Source of the DNA: Candidatus Limnocylindria bacterium
Lineage (GTDB): Bacteria > Chloroflexota > Limnocylindria > P2-11E
DNA length: 64,000 nt
Direction: 5' to 3'
Assembly: GCA_041486085.1 (NCBI GenBank)
Contig: JBGPKU010000005.1
Location: 16,402 to 80,401, forward strand
The translations under genes and the position numbers were made by a program. Shown in pieces: positions 36,684 to 46,512 of the stretch (position 1 is the first letter of the stretch; the number at the start of each line of letters is the position of its first letter). The notes beneath the pieces were generated by a model. It searched no databases. It was not told where the DNA came from and saw nothing but the letters and a program-made list of their open reading frames with translations.

Positions 36684-39600
36684 CTACGGGAGCAGGGTGC
36701 GCGCCAGCGCGATGAGCAGGTCGGCGTTCGCGTTGGTGAGCGCCCTGCCGCGCTGCTTCTCGACCTCCTTGATGAACGAGTTGATGCGCTTTGTCGCTTT
36801 CTTGCCGTCGCGCTCGCTGTCCTCCTGGCGACCGCGCTCTTCGTCGCGTCCGTTGTTGACGCGGCCGTCCTCACGATCGCGGTCACCCTGATCGCGATCC
36901 TCCGAGTCGCCGAGGAGCTTCTCGCAGAGATCCCATCCGACATCGGCTTTGGTCACGAGCTTCTTCGCGAGGGCGCAGAGGCTGGGGGCGTCGACCTTCA
37001 CCGTATACGTGAGCTGCGCGGTCGCCACGTTGCTCGCGAGATCGGTCGCGTTGGCGCCGAGCGTGTGCGCGCCGAGCCCGAAGGTGTACGCGGGACCCGC
37101 GGCGCCGGGACACGACGTGTGGGCGGCGTCGATGCCGGACAGGGCATCGGCTGCGGCGCAGGTGATCGCGACGATCTGATCGACGGTATAGGAGGTCGCG
37201 CCGGCGAACGTGATCGTCGGTGCGGTCCGGTCGATATCGATGTCGCCGACCGTGACGGATGCGGAGTTCCCCGCGGCGTCGGTCGCCGTGCCGGTCACGC
37301 CCTGATCCGCGCCGTCACCGCTGAGCGTGACGTCGGCTGGACAGGTGACCAGGCCGGAGTTGTCGGTGCAGGTGAAGTGGACCGTGACCGGCGTGTTCCA
37401 CCAGTGATTCGCGTTCGGGCTCGTGGTCGGCGCGCCGGTGATCGTCGGAAGCGTGGTATCGATGACCGTGATCGTCTGGGTCGCGGCCGCGCTGTTCCCG
37501 GCCGCGTCGGTCGCGGTGTAGGTGCGGGTGAGCACGAGCGGGCTGGCCGGTGAGCCCGCTCCGCCGTTGCTCGCCTGCGAGACGGTAACGGTGGCGCCGC
37601 AGTTGTCGGTCGCGGTCGCGTCCACGGTGTTCGCCGCGGGCACGAGGCTGAGGAGCTGGTACGAGGCGTTCGCCGGCGTCGCGATCACCGGCACGGTGTC
37701 ATCGGTGACCGTGACGGTCTGCATGGCACTCGCGCTGTTCCCGGCGCTGTCGCTCGCGGTGTACGTCACTGTCGTGCTGCCCACCGGGAAGGCGTTTCCC
37801 GACGGCACCCCGGAGCGGATGACGGTCGGTATGCCAGGCGCATCGTCCGTGGCGGTCGCCGTGCCCAGCGCGACATCGCTCACGACGGTCGCGCAGGACG
37901 TCGCCAGCGGACCGGTGAACGCGTGCACGTCGGCGGGGGCGGTGATCGTCGGCGGTGTGCGGTCGAGCAGCGGCAGTGTCGCGACCTGCGGCTCGTGGTC
38001 GCTCGCCGCGTCCCAGAACTCGGAGTTCACGTGGACGATGTCGGTGCGCGCGCCCAGTGCGAGAAGCCGATCGCTCACGAGGATGTGGTCGAGCGACTGT
38101 GAGTTGCCTTCGAACACGTACGTGTAGCGCTCGCCTGGAGCCAGTGTCTCGATCAGGTCGTCGAGCGGGGTGCCCTTCAGGATCACGATCGGATTCGAGA
38201 ATTCGAAGTCGTTGAGGTCGCCGAGCACGACCACCATCGCGTTCGCGTCCACGGCGAGGACCTGCCGAACGAAGTCCCGCACGATGGTCGCCTGCGCGCG
38301 CCGCTGCACCTCGCTGCTCAGGACCGGCGGCTGCCGGTGACCCCAGAGCGCGTCATCGCCGCCCTTCGAGTTGAAGTGGTTCGCGACGATGACGAGGCGG
38401 TGGCCGTTGTAGGTGAACTCGCCCGCCAGCGGTTTGCGGCTGCTGTTGAACGCCGAGTTGGCCGGGTCGATGCGCCCGGGGCTGTACAGGAGCTGCGGGC
38501 GTCCTCCGACGGTGACGACGCTGTTCGCCGTCGTCGAGCCGGCGCCCGGGCGGTCGACGAACGCCACGCCGGTGTCGGTGCGGAAGAAAAAGACCTGGCG
38601 GATGTTCCCGCCCGGCGCGCCGCCGTCCTGTTGATCGACCGGGTCGATCTCGCGCCAGGAGTACGTCGGGCCGCCCGCCGCGACGATCGCGTCGGGCAGC
38701 GTGGTGAGCGTGACCGTCGCATCGACGGTGCCGTCGTTGGTCTCGCCGTTGTTGTCCTGGATCTCCTCGATGCTGATGACATCCGGTGACCGCAGGTTGT
38801 TCACGATCAGGCTGGCCATCGTGCCGAACGTCGCGTCGCCCGGATCGAGGTTCTGCACGTTGAAGGTCGCGACCGTGAGCTCGTGCGCGCCCGGCAGCGC
38901 TGTCACCTCGCGCGCGAGGCCGCCGCGCACCACGGTGGGCGAAGTCGAGACTTGGATCATGAAGTTGCCGAAGTCGTAGTCGACGACGCCGATGACCGCC
39001 GCGCCGGCCGGGCCGGTGAGGCGATCTCCGACGCTCAGGTCGCCGGGCATGGTGAATCCGACGCCCTTGATGATCACGCGCTCGGGGTTCTTGTCGGTCG
39101 CGCTGATGATGACGCCTCCTCGCGCGGACGGGCTGTTCGTGCCGCCGTTGGCGACGACCGAGATCTCGCCGAAGCGATTCGAGGGACCGACGACCGCGGC
39201 CGTGCCGAGATCGACCCTCATGCCCTCGAGGCTTTCCCAGAAGTCGATGCCATCACTCGCCGGGTCGAACACGCCGCCCGTCTCGACGTCGGCCGGTGCG
39301 TCGTCCTCGATGACCGACTTCGGAACGCTGCGATCGATGTCGATCCGCAGGGCGGCCGGCAGCGGGTTCCCATGACTGACCACGACCACGGTCGGCGATC
39401 CAGCGAGCGTGGTCGTACTGAGGTTGCCACTGCCGGTGCGGACCTCGCTGACCAGACCGCTGACCGTGACGCTGTCGCCGACGGCGACGGCCGCCCCGGA
39501 GGTGACCGAGATGCCTTCGGAGGTACGAGCGTCGGCGTCCGGCGACGGATCCTGCAGGTAGAAGCCGCCCGCGCGCAGCTGCGTCACGATCCCAGGGACT

Positions 39601-40598
39601 CCGCTGACGCTCGTCCCGAGGAACGATGAGAGATGCGCGGCGCCCTGCACGTCGTGGATGCGGAAGCTGACAGCCGCGATGACCACCGCGAAGGACCACT
39701 GGAAGTCCTGTCGCATGAGGTCGGGCGGGTCCTCGGTGTCCTGATCGGACACATTCGCCGCGATCACGCGAACGATGCACGTCTCCCCGGCCGCGTCGAA
39801 GTCCTCGGTCGGGTCGAGGGTGAGCGTGGTCGGGCCACCCGTGACCGCCGCTGCGTGGGTCCCGGTGAGGCTGCAGCTGATCGCATACCAGCTGCCGGTG
39901 ACGTTCACCGGCTCGCTGAAGGTGACGGTGATGTTCGCGGACGGCGAGATGGCGCCCTGGTTGTTCGCCGGCGAGGTCGAAACGACCGCCGGCGCGTGAT
40001 CCGCGGTCGAGCGTGGGTTCGGCGCCGCGACGTCGAAGTCACCCGCGTTGTTGTCGGTATCCTGCTCGCCGAGGAGCTTGCGGATCGCGGCGGTGGTGTT
40101 CGAGAGCGCGGCCGTGGGTGCGGTCTCGCTGCAGTTGGCCGTGCCGTATCCAACGAAGTCGATCGGCGCTGCCGGGCACGTCCCGGTGAAGGCCGCCGTG
40201 CTGTCGCGGAGCGCGACCTTCGCCGCGCCAGCCGCCATCGCGATCGTCCCGACCGCGTTCGGCGCGGGAAGGTCGACGGTCCCGCCCGCGCCGGCGGACT
40301 CCTGCACGAGGTAGTAGCGGCCGGGTGCGATGACGCCCGCGATGGCCGTGACCTGCCAGGTCGTGCCGGCGGAGGAGGCGTACTGAACGCTCCAGCCTGT
40401 GACGTCGAGGGAGGCCGCGGTCGGGTTGTACAACTCGATGAAATCGTTCTTGAGCGTCGCGCCGGCGTTGCCGCCGCCGCCGTACACCTGGCTGATCACC
40501 AGATGCGTGCCGGCCGCTCGAGCGTCGATCGCTCCGAGCGGCAAGCTCAACAAGACCAATGCGAGCGTGACGAACGCGGAAAGACACCGACGACCCAT
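36684..40598 (-). CDS. Large secreted nuclease: lamin tail + Ig-like + OB-fold + endonuclease/exonuclease/phosphatase + HYR/Ig repeats
   Basis: A signal peptide begins at ATG 40598. The LTD reads VISQVYGGGGN...DFIELYN. The EEP motifs are TFNVQNL, EEIQD, NHFNSK, GDLND, LDHIL and SDHEP. The HYR repeats read FPVGSTTVTYTASD. Confidence 0.9.
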   Translation of the reverse strand: MGRRCLSAFVTLALVLLSLPLGAIDARAAGTHLVISQVYGGGGNAGATLKNDFIELYNPTAASLDVTGWSVQYASSAGTTWQVTAIAGVIAPGRYYLVQESAGAGGTVDLPAPNAVGTIAMAAGAAKVALRDSTAAFTGTCPAAPIDFVGYGTANCSETAPTAALSNTTAAIRKLLGEQDTDNNAGDFDVAAPNPRSTADHAPAVVSTSPANNQGAISPSANITVTFSEPVNVTGSWYAISCSLTGTHAAAVTGGPTTLTLDPTEDFDAAGETCIVRVIAANVSDQDTEDPPDLMRQDFQWSFAVVIAAVSFRIHDVQGAAHLSSFLGTSVSGVPGIVTQLRAGGFYLQDPSPDADARTSEGISVTSGAAVAVGDSVTVSGLVSEVRTGSGNLSTTTLAGSPTVVVVSHGNPLPAALRIDIDRSVPKSVIEDDAPADVETGGVFDPASDGIDFWESLEGMRVDLGTAAVVGPSNRFGEISVVANGGTNSPSARGGVIISATDKNPERVIIKGVGFTMPGDLSVGDRLTGPAGAAVIGVVDYDFGNFMIQVSTSPTVVRGGLAREVTALPGAHELTVATFNVQNLDPGDATFGTMASLIVNNLRSPDVISIEEIQDNNGETNDGTVDATVTLTTLPDAIVAAGGPTYSWREIDPVDQQDGGAPGGNIRQVFFFRTDTGVAFVDRPGAGSTTANSVVTVGGRPQLLYSPGRIDPANSAFNSSRKPLAGEFTYNGHRLVIVANHFNSKGGDDALWGHRQPPVLSSEVQRRAQATIVRDFVRQVLAVDANAMVVVLGDLNDFEFSNPIVILKGTPLDDLIETLAPGERYTYVFEGNSQSLDHILVSDRLLALGARTDIVHVNSEFWDAASDHEPQVATLPLLDRTPPTITAPADVHAFTGPLATSCATVVSDVALGTATATDDAPGIPTVIRSGVPSGNAFPVGSTTVTYTASDSAGNSASAMQTVTVTDDTVPVIATPANASYQLLSLVPAANTVDATATDNCGATVTVSQASNGGAGSPASPLVLTRTYTATDAAGNSAAATQTITVIDTTLPTITGAPTTSPNANHWWNTPVTVHFTCTDNSGLVTCPADVTLSGDGADQGVTGTATDAAGNSASVTVGDIDIDRTAPTITFAGATSYTVDQIVAITCAAADALSGIDAAHTSCPGAAGPAYTFGLGAHTLGANATDLASNVATAQLTYTVKVDAPSLCALAKKLVTKADVGWDLCEKLLGDSEDRDQGDRDREDGRVNNGRDEERGRQEDSERDGKKATKRINSFIKEVEKQRGRALTNANADLLIALARTLLP

Positions 40599-40720
40599 GC
40601 CCCACCCCTCTAAACGACCTCGCGTGACTCTGGCGCCAACGAGAGCGGCCCCGAGACTAGCCGACGCCGGTGGAGACCTTGGTGGTCGTCCCGTGCGCCG
40701 CGCGTGAAAGACTCGAGGGC

Positions 40721-41827
40721 GTGAGTCTGTGGCTCGACGGCGCGGAGCGGGCCTACGCGCCGCTGGAAGGTGACGGCACCGCCGAGGTCGCGATCGTCGG
40801 TGGCGGCATCGCCGGCATCGCGACCGCGTACTTCCTCGCGCGCGCGGGCGTGCGCGCGGTGGTGCTCGAGGCGCGCGGCGTGGCCGAGGCGGCAAGCGGG
40901 CGCAACGCCGGGTTCCTCCTCGCCGGAGTGGCCGAGAACTTCGTGGCGGCTTCGCGTCGCTACGGCGCCGCGAACGCCCTGCGCATCTGGCGGCTGACCG
41001 AGCACACGCAGGCACTCGTCCGCTCGTTGGTCGCCGAGCACTCGATCGAGTGCGAGCTGCGCTGGCGAGGCTCCGATCAGATCGCGGGCGACAATGAGGA
41101 ATGGGGCGAGGTCGCGGAGGGCGCGCGGCTCCTCGCCGCGGAGGGAGTTTCCGTGAGCGTCGATCCGACGGCACGAAGTGCCACGTATGCGGATGACGGC
41201 GAGCTCCACCCGGTCCGGTGGGTGCGCGGGCTCGCGGCCGCCGCCGCGCGCGCCGGCGCGCGCATCCACGAGGGAACGTCCGTCACCGGGATCGAGAACG
41301 ATCAGGTGCGCACCGCGGCGGGAACGGTGACCGCCGGCGCGGTGATCCTCTGCACGAACGCGTACACCAGACACCTCCGACCGTCGCGGGTGCGGCCCGT
41401 CCGCGGCCAGATGCTCGCGACCGCGCCGGCGCGCCCGGCTTTCGAGCGGCCCGCGTACGCCAAGCGCGGGTACCGGTACTGGCGGCAGCGCGCCGACGGG
41501 CGCGTGCTCGTCGGAGGATGGCGCGACGTGGCCGTGGATGAAGAGGTCGGCCAGGAGGAGCGCGTCACCGATCGGGTGCAACGCCACCTGGACACGTTCC
41601 TGATCGAGCACGGCATCGACGCCCCGGTCACGCACCGCTGGGCAGGGACGATGGGCTTCTCGCACGATGCGCTTCCCTATGTCGGACAGACCGGCCCTCG
41701 TCTGTTCGTCTGCGGCGGATTCACCGGTCACGGCATGGCATTCGGTCCGGCGTGCGCCGAGCTCGTCGCCGCGATGGTCCGCGGTGGATCTCCACGAGAC
41801 CACGACCTCTTCGATCCCGCGCGGTGA
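40721..41827 (+). CDS. FAD-dependent oxidoreductase (DAO/PuuB-like)
   Basis: Motifs IVGGGIAG, ASGRNAG, RPVRGQM and GGFTGHGM are present. Confidence 0.9.
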   Translation: MSLWLDGAERAYAPLEGDGTAEVAIVGGGIAGIATAYFLARAGVRAVVLEARGVAEAASGRNAGFLLAGVAENFVAASRRYGAANALRIWRLTEHTQALVRSLVAEHSIECELRWRGSDQIAGDNEEWGEVAEGARLLAAEGVSVSVDPTARSATYADDGELHPVRWVRGLAAAAARAGARIHEGTSVTGIENDQVRTAAGTVTAGAVILCTNAYTRHLRPSRVRPVRGQMLATAPARPAFERPAYAKRGYRYWRQRADGRVLVGGWRDVAVDEEVGQEERVTDRVQRHLDTFLIEHGIDAPVTHRWAGTMGFSHDALPYVGQTGPRLFVCGGFTGHGMAFGPACAELVAAMVRGGSPRDHDLFDPAR

Positions 41828-42043
41828 CCCGGTCGCGTGATACGTGTCCGAAGCGCGCGTTGCGCGCATGACTGGACGTTTCCAGATCGCCGCGCTCACA
41901 CCGCCGTGGTTCCCGTTCCAGGGTCAGCGCGAGCCCGTGATCACCGCGGCGCTCATCGCTCTCGTCGTCGGGGCGACCGTGAACGCGGCGCTGTGGTCAC
42001 GATCGGGCACGCCGGCGCGCAGCCGCCTCACTAGACTTTGCGT

Positions 42044-42115
42044 GGGGGGTTAGCTCAGCGGTAGAGCAGGGGACTTTTAATCCCTTGGTCATGGGTTCGA
42101 ATCCCATACCCCTCA
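42044..42115 (+). tRNA. tRNA-Lys(UUU)
   Basis: It folds as a cloverleaf: acceptor GGGGGGT/ACCCCTC, D arm GCTC..GAGC, anticodon loop CTTTTAA, T arm ATGGG-TTCGAAT-CCCAT. CCA is not encoded. A TAGACT -10 hexamer lies at 42032-42037. Confidence 0.96.
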
Positions 42116-42118
42116 CGG

Positions 42119-43378
42119 TGTGATGTGTCGCGACATCGGAGACACATCACCTCAGGCCGACTGCCGCTGGTAATCGCGCGTCGGATCCAGCACCAGTGAG
42201 CGCAGCAGCTCGCCGTCCTCGGTGAGGATGCGCACGTCGCGATCGGCCACCAACAGCACGATCGGCTTGCCGCGGTGCTTTGCGCCAAGACCGATGTGGC
42301 GCAGCCGCGAGTCGTAGCGCAGCGTGACCACGCCGTGCTGGTCGACCTGGTCGTAGCGCACGCGGTAGTGCACCGGTCGGGCGGCTGATCCGGGCCCGGC
42401 CTTGACCTTGGCGTCGAAGATCTCCTGCGGTGTGCGTCGTCCGAGTGCGCGGTGCGGGCGGTGCTGGTCGTACTGGATGCGGAAACGGTCCAGCTGGCCG
42501 TGCAGCTCCGCGAGCGTGGCCGCCTTGGGCCGTGCTGCCAGCCAGCGCTTTTGGGTCTGGTGGAGGCGCTCGACCTTGCCGCAGGTCTGCGGGTGGTAGG
42601 GCCGGGAGTGCTTGCCCAGGATCCCGAGGCGCTCCAGCTCGCTCTCCAGCAGCACCTTGCCGCCGCGCGAGGCACCCGAGAACACCGCGGCGTTGTCGCT
42701 GAGCAGCGCGGCGGGATAGCCGAGCCGTGCTGCGGCCTGATGGAACACCGCCACGACGTCGGCGGCCTTGACCGTGCGCAGTGGCGTGGCCGCGGCCAGC
42801 AGGCGCGAGTGGTCGTCGATCAGGTTGAGGATCTCCACGCTCGAGCCATCGGCCAGCGACCAGTGCGTGGCATCGGTCTGTCAGAGCTGGTTGGGCAGTG
42901 CCGCCGCGAAGCGGATGAGCGAGGAGCGTGGCCGCTTGCGCGGCTGCGGAGTGACCAGCGCGTGCCGGCGCAGCACGCGCATGATCGAGCTGGGCGAGGG
43001 CGCGGCCCCGCGCTCGCACAGCAGATGCCACTGGATGGTCAGCGCACCGGCATCCAGTCCTTGCGCGAGAAGATCGCCGCGCAGCCGCACGATCTGCGCT
43101 TCGACCTCGGGGGCCATCTGCCTGGGCGAGCGACGCGGCCGCCGCGAGCGCGGCAACAGCGCCGCTTCACCGCCGCCGCGGTAGCGCGCCAGCAGCTTGT
43201 ACCGCCAGCTCCGATGGACACCGTGCGATCGCGCCAGCTCACCGACCGATCGACCATCGCGCAGATGCGCCTCGACCAGGAACCGCGCCGCATCCATCCG
43301 GAGACCCCCTCACCAGGTTGTCTCCGATGTCTTGACACATCCGCGGATCAGGTGTCGCCTATCTCCTGAACTCGCACA
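42119..43378 (-). mobile_element. IS481-family insertion sequence
   Basis: It has TGT...ACA ends with imperfect IRs (TGTGATGTGTCGCGACATCGGAGACA). It is flanked by the direct repeat CCATACCCCTCAC(C)GG at 42104-42118 and 43379-43394. Confidence 0.88.
42152..43297 (-). pseudogene. IS481-family DDE transposase with an in-frame TGA
   Basis: After an HTH N-terminus it reads PNQL*QTD (TGA at 42881-42883 where Trp is expected), then IDDHSR, LSDNAAVF, HPQTCGKVERLHQT and RPHRAL. Both ORF pieces are in the same frame. Confidence 0.88.
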
Positions 43379-43394
43379 CCATACCCCTCACCGG

Positions 43395-43800
43395 TGTGAT
43401 GTCTCAGGACATCGAGGACACCTGTCGCACGACATTGTGGACAGGTCGCGTTTTCCCGAAGTAGAGGCGGTCCTGCTCCAGAGTCAGCTCACGCAGGAGC
43501 TCGCCGTCCTCACGAACGATCCGCACGTCCGCGCCGGCCACCAACAGGCGGATCCGCGCACCGCGGTACGCGCGCCCGATGTGGATGTGCCGCAGCACGC
43601 TGAGGTAGCGCAGCGTCACCTGGCCCCACTGGTCGACGGTGTCGTGACGCACGCGGAAGTGCGTGACCTCGACCGGCGCGTCCGGCCTGGCCTTGATCGG
43701 CTTGCTCCATGCGGCAAGTGGCGTGCGGCCACCGAGCGTGCGATGCGGCCGGCGCTGGTTGTAGTAGACGCGGAAGGCGTCGAGCTGGGCCTGCAGCTGT
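43395..43800 (-). mobile_element. Truncated second IS481-family element (one end plus the transposase C-terminus)
   Basis: The end reads TGTGATGTCTCAGGACATCGAGGACA. The peptide LQAQLDAFRVYYNQRRPHRTLGGRTP...VTLRY...DGELLRELTL is paralogous to the first transposase. Confidence 0.82.
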
Positions 43801-43864
43801 CACTGCCGGGATGGCCTGGCGCACGGGCCTACTGGGCGCGGTCGCGTCGCCGTTGGGCTAAAGA

Positions 43865-44040
43865 ATGTGGATCCGAGCGCCGGGTGGGGAGTGGCATCAA
43901 CAAGCGGAGGCTCCGAATCTGACCGTGTGCGGTCGCAAGCTTCCCGTCGCGTCCCTGGAGCAGATGAGCAGTCCGCCGACTCGATCAGGCTCTGCGCTAT
44001 CTGCCGACGCACGCCGACTAAACCCGCACGCCGACGATGA
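43865..44040 (+). pseudogene. Small putative zinc-binding protein, apparently frameshifted
   Basis: It reads MWIR..GEWH...TVCGRKL...SSPP. One added base would continue it as DSIRLCAICRR..*, giving H/C/CxxC. Confidence 0.35.
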
Positions 44041-44162
44041 ACTCGACCAGCACTCAGACCCGCTCTTCGGAAGACCGCCGCACGGGCGAGTCGTGTGGGT
44101 AGCCGTTCATCATTAGCGAACTCGCCCCGCCTGTTCGACCGAATTGACCGGAGGTTGATCGG

Positions 44163-44549
44163 GTGCACTACGGCGCATCGACCTATGCTCCGGCCCTGCC
44201 CAACCTTCCGCGGCCGAGCACCCGCGTGGCTCCGTTGCGCTTCGGCGATCTAGAGATCGACGCTCTGCATCAACAGGTGCATCAGGGCAGACGGCAAATC
44301 CACCTTTCACGGACTGAGCACCTCATCCTCTATGCGCTGGCCTCGAGGGCCGGCGCGATCGTGAGCTATCGCGATGTCGAGGATGTCCTCGCGCACACGA
44401 CCGCCGAGATCCGAACAAACAACATCGCGCGCCATGTCTATAGCCTGCGTCGGAAACTCGGGGACAGCGCTCGACGACCTCAGTACATCGAAACCATCGA
44501 CGGAGTGGGCTATCGCCTGGTGCCAGCTAAGCCGCTGCGCATCGCGTAG
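44163..44549 (+). CDS. Stand-alone OmpR-type winged-helix DNA-binding protein
   Basis: Motifs LRFGDLEID, LSRTEHLIL, HVYSLRRKLGD and IETIDGVGYRL are present, with no receiver domain. Confidence 0.8.
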   Translation: MHYGASTYAPALPNLPRPSTRVAPLRFGDLEIDALHQQVHQGRRQIHLSRTEHLILYALASRAGAIVSYRDVEDVLAHTTAEIRTNNIARHVYSLRRKLGDSARRPQYIETIDGVGYRLVPAKPLRIA

Positions 44550-44610
44550 TGACTTTGAGGACCTGACCGTGGGATTCGTCCTATCTCAAGCGCCGCGTGG
44601 CGGTGTTCTG

Positions 44611-45189
44611 TTACTTCGCCGTCGCCAGGTAGTCGCGTTTCTTGATGTCGAACTCAACTTGGGTCAGGACTCCGGCCTTTCTCAGGTCGTTAAGGCCCGT
44701 GAGCGTTCGCAGCATGGCCTCCCGCTCATTCGGGTCGCGGCCCAGATAACGTCCCTTGGCGCGGTCGAACTCGTCCTCGCTCAGCACACCGTCGTCGCGA
44801 AGCTGCTTGAGACGCCGGATGAGATCCGCAAGATCCCCGGAGGAGCTGTCGCGTGCCATGTCGACAGCCGCACGAATGGCCTCGGCCATCGTGACCGTCT
44901 CCTTCTTGCCTAGCCGACCAAAGCGAATCGTGCGTCCACTCATCGACAGGGCAATCTCGCCCATCAACATGCCGGTGCTCGACGAGACCGCGTCTATTCG
45001 CTCAAGGGGAAACTCATCGACAGCCAGATGGAACCAGTTGCTGCGCACATACACGACGCGCTCAGTCGTCAGGACAAGGTCGCCGTACTGAGGACCATTC
45101 CTCGCACGCCTAATGACGAGCTGACTCTGCTCACCGGACCGGAGAACCTTGGCTGAACGCTTGAACGGCTCGCGCCCTTCGCCTGCCAC
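44611..45189 (-). CDS. Bacterial PH-domain protein with two SHOCT-like C-terminal repeats
   Basis: It reads LVLTTERVVY...FPLERIDAVSSSTGMLMGEI, then LKQLRDDGVLSEDEFDRAK and LNDLRKAGVLTQVEFDIKK. Confidence 0.75.
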   Translation of the reverse strand: MAGEGREPFKRSAKVLRSGEQSQLVIRRARNGPQYGDLVLTTERVVYVRSNWFHLAVDEFPLERIDAVSSSTGMLMGEIALSMSGRTIRFGRLGKKETVTMAEAIRAAVDMARDSSSGDLADLIRRLKQLRDDGVLSEDEFDRAKGRYLGRDPNEREAMLRTLTGLNDLRKAGVLTQVEFDIKKRDYLATAK

Positions 45190-45213
45190 TCTCAGCCTCC
45201 CATTCCCACGTCG

Positions 45214-45672
45214 CTAGCGAACGGTGAATGTTGCGCGCGCAGAGCTCCCGCCACACCTCACGTCGATCGGCCAGTCTCCAAGCGTGGTGTTGGTCCCTAC
45301 CGTCCAGGTCCACGACGCGCTACCTGCGGCGTCGGCCGTCTTCGGCGTCAGGCCGGTCGCCGAGCTCGGTCCGCTCGCGTACGTGACCGTGATCGTGCAC
45401 GACGCTCCCGGCAGCGTCGCGACGGTCACAGCAGCCGCGCCGCCGCGCGACACGGGCGATCGCACCGACGTGAAGCGAACGAACGCACCCGGCGTTGGTG
45501 TGGGTGTGGGCGACGGCGTTCGTGTGACGGTCGGCGTTGGCGACGGGCTCGCTGTTGCAGACGAAGTCGTCGTTGTCGCATTACTCGGGCGCGCGGTCGA
45601 TCCGGCCACGTCTCCCGTACTCGTCGGCCCAGACGATCCGCAGGCGCACGAAAGCGCCAGCGTCAGACCCAG
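45214..45672 (-). CDS. Putative exported/lipoprotein with a Thr/Pro linker and an Ig-like domain; start uncertain
   Basis: An in-frame lipobox-like segment LGLTLALSCAC lacks a canonical start codon. It is followed by TPSPTPTP and CTITVTYASG...SWTWTVG...GDWPIDVRC. Confidence 0.5.
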   Translation of the reverse strand: MGLTLALSCACGSSGPTSTGDVAGSTARPSNATTTTSSATASPSPTPTVTRTPSPTPTPTPGAFVRFTSVRSPVSRGGAAAVTVATLPGASCTITVTYASGPSSATGLTPKTADAAGSASWTWTVGTNTTLGDWPIDVRCGGSSARATFTVR

Positions 45673-46106
45673 CGACCACCTTCGAGCACACGGCCAGAGG
45701 CTACCAGCAGGCTTAAGAAGCGCTTAACCCGCGAACTCAATTCTTGGAGGACAACCCCATGTTCACGCGAACCTTCGGATCCACTGCGACTGCAACCCGA
45801 CGCACCCTCGCGAGCGCGGGTGCAGGCGGCCGCACCTACCACGACAGCCCGTCCGCCCGCTCGAGATCCGCACCGGCTCTCTCCGTGAGGAGCACGTCCA
45901 CGCACTGATGACCTACGCGGCCTTCGTGCATATGGCTATCGCGATGCAGCTCCGATCGGTCGAAGCCGGGGGTCCAGAGATGGCCCGCGACGTCCGCGAG
46001 GTTGCCCGCAGTACCACCCGGCCACAGAGGCCCGCCGCATGTGCCGGCCCTATGGAGCAACGAGCTGATGGATATCGGCTCGCGTCCGCGCCACGGCTGG
46101 ATGAGC

Positions 46107-46364
46107 TCACAACCCGCGTAGGAGCGAGGCCAGACTCGTTCCGAGACGCTTCGCGATGTGGGAGAGCGCCGCGAGAGATGGCGTCACGCGACCGGTCTCC
46201 ATCTTCCAGATGTATTGCTTTTCGAAGTAGACGCGCCCGCGGCGATCCGCACCGAGCTCCGCCATCGTGAGTCCCTTCTTCTGCCTCTGTGCGCGGATGC
46301 GCTCCCCGACCTTGCGTGCGAGCCTGGCTTCCCCCGGAACGTCCGGGTGCACCCGCGCCGGCAT
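46107..46364 (-). CDS. XRE-family HTH transcriptional regulator
   Basis: It reads VGERIRAQRQKKGLTMAELG...YIWKMETGRVTPSLAALSHIAKRLG from ATG 46364. Confidence 0.85.
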   Translation of the reverse strand: MPARVHPDVPGEARLARKVGERIRAQRQKKGLTMAELGADRRGRVYFEKQYIWKMETGRVTPSLAALSHIAKRLGTSLASLLRGL

Positions 46365-46406
46365 CAGCGGCTCACGAGCCTCGCGCGACGAAGGCAACAA
46401 GAAGGC

Positions 46407-46441
46407 CGAGCGACGAGCAGCCGTGCTGGCAGGAGCGAGTC
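46407..46441. repeat. 35-bp REP-like repeat, copy 3 (diverged)
   Basis: The sequence is CGAGCGACGAGCAGCCGTGCTGGCAGGAGCGAGTC. Confidence 0.55.
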
Positions 46442-46512
46442 CTGACGGGAGCGAAGCGAGGCTGCGAGCTGCAGGCCGCCGTAGGCGGGCCGAAGCGAGC
46501 GCGACAAAGAAC

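Noticed and set aside
40599-41174. Arg/Pro-rich extension making the nuclease 1496 aa
   Set aside because: It overlaps the FAD oxidoreductase on the other strand. The signal peptide begins at ATG 40598.
41837-42040. Short ORFs upstream of tRNA-Lys
   Set aside because: They have no recognisable motif or RBS. They may be a membrane-gene remnant, but I cannot support a call.
45836-46270. ORF 45908-46270 and overlapping small ORFs
   Set aside because: The ORF overlaps the XRE gene in antisense and has no motif, so coding status is unsupported.
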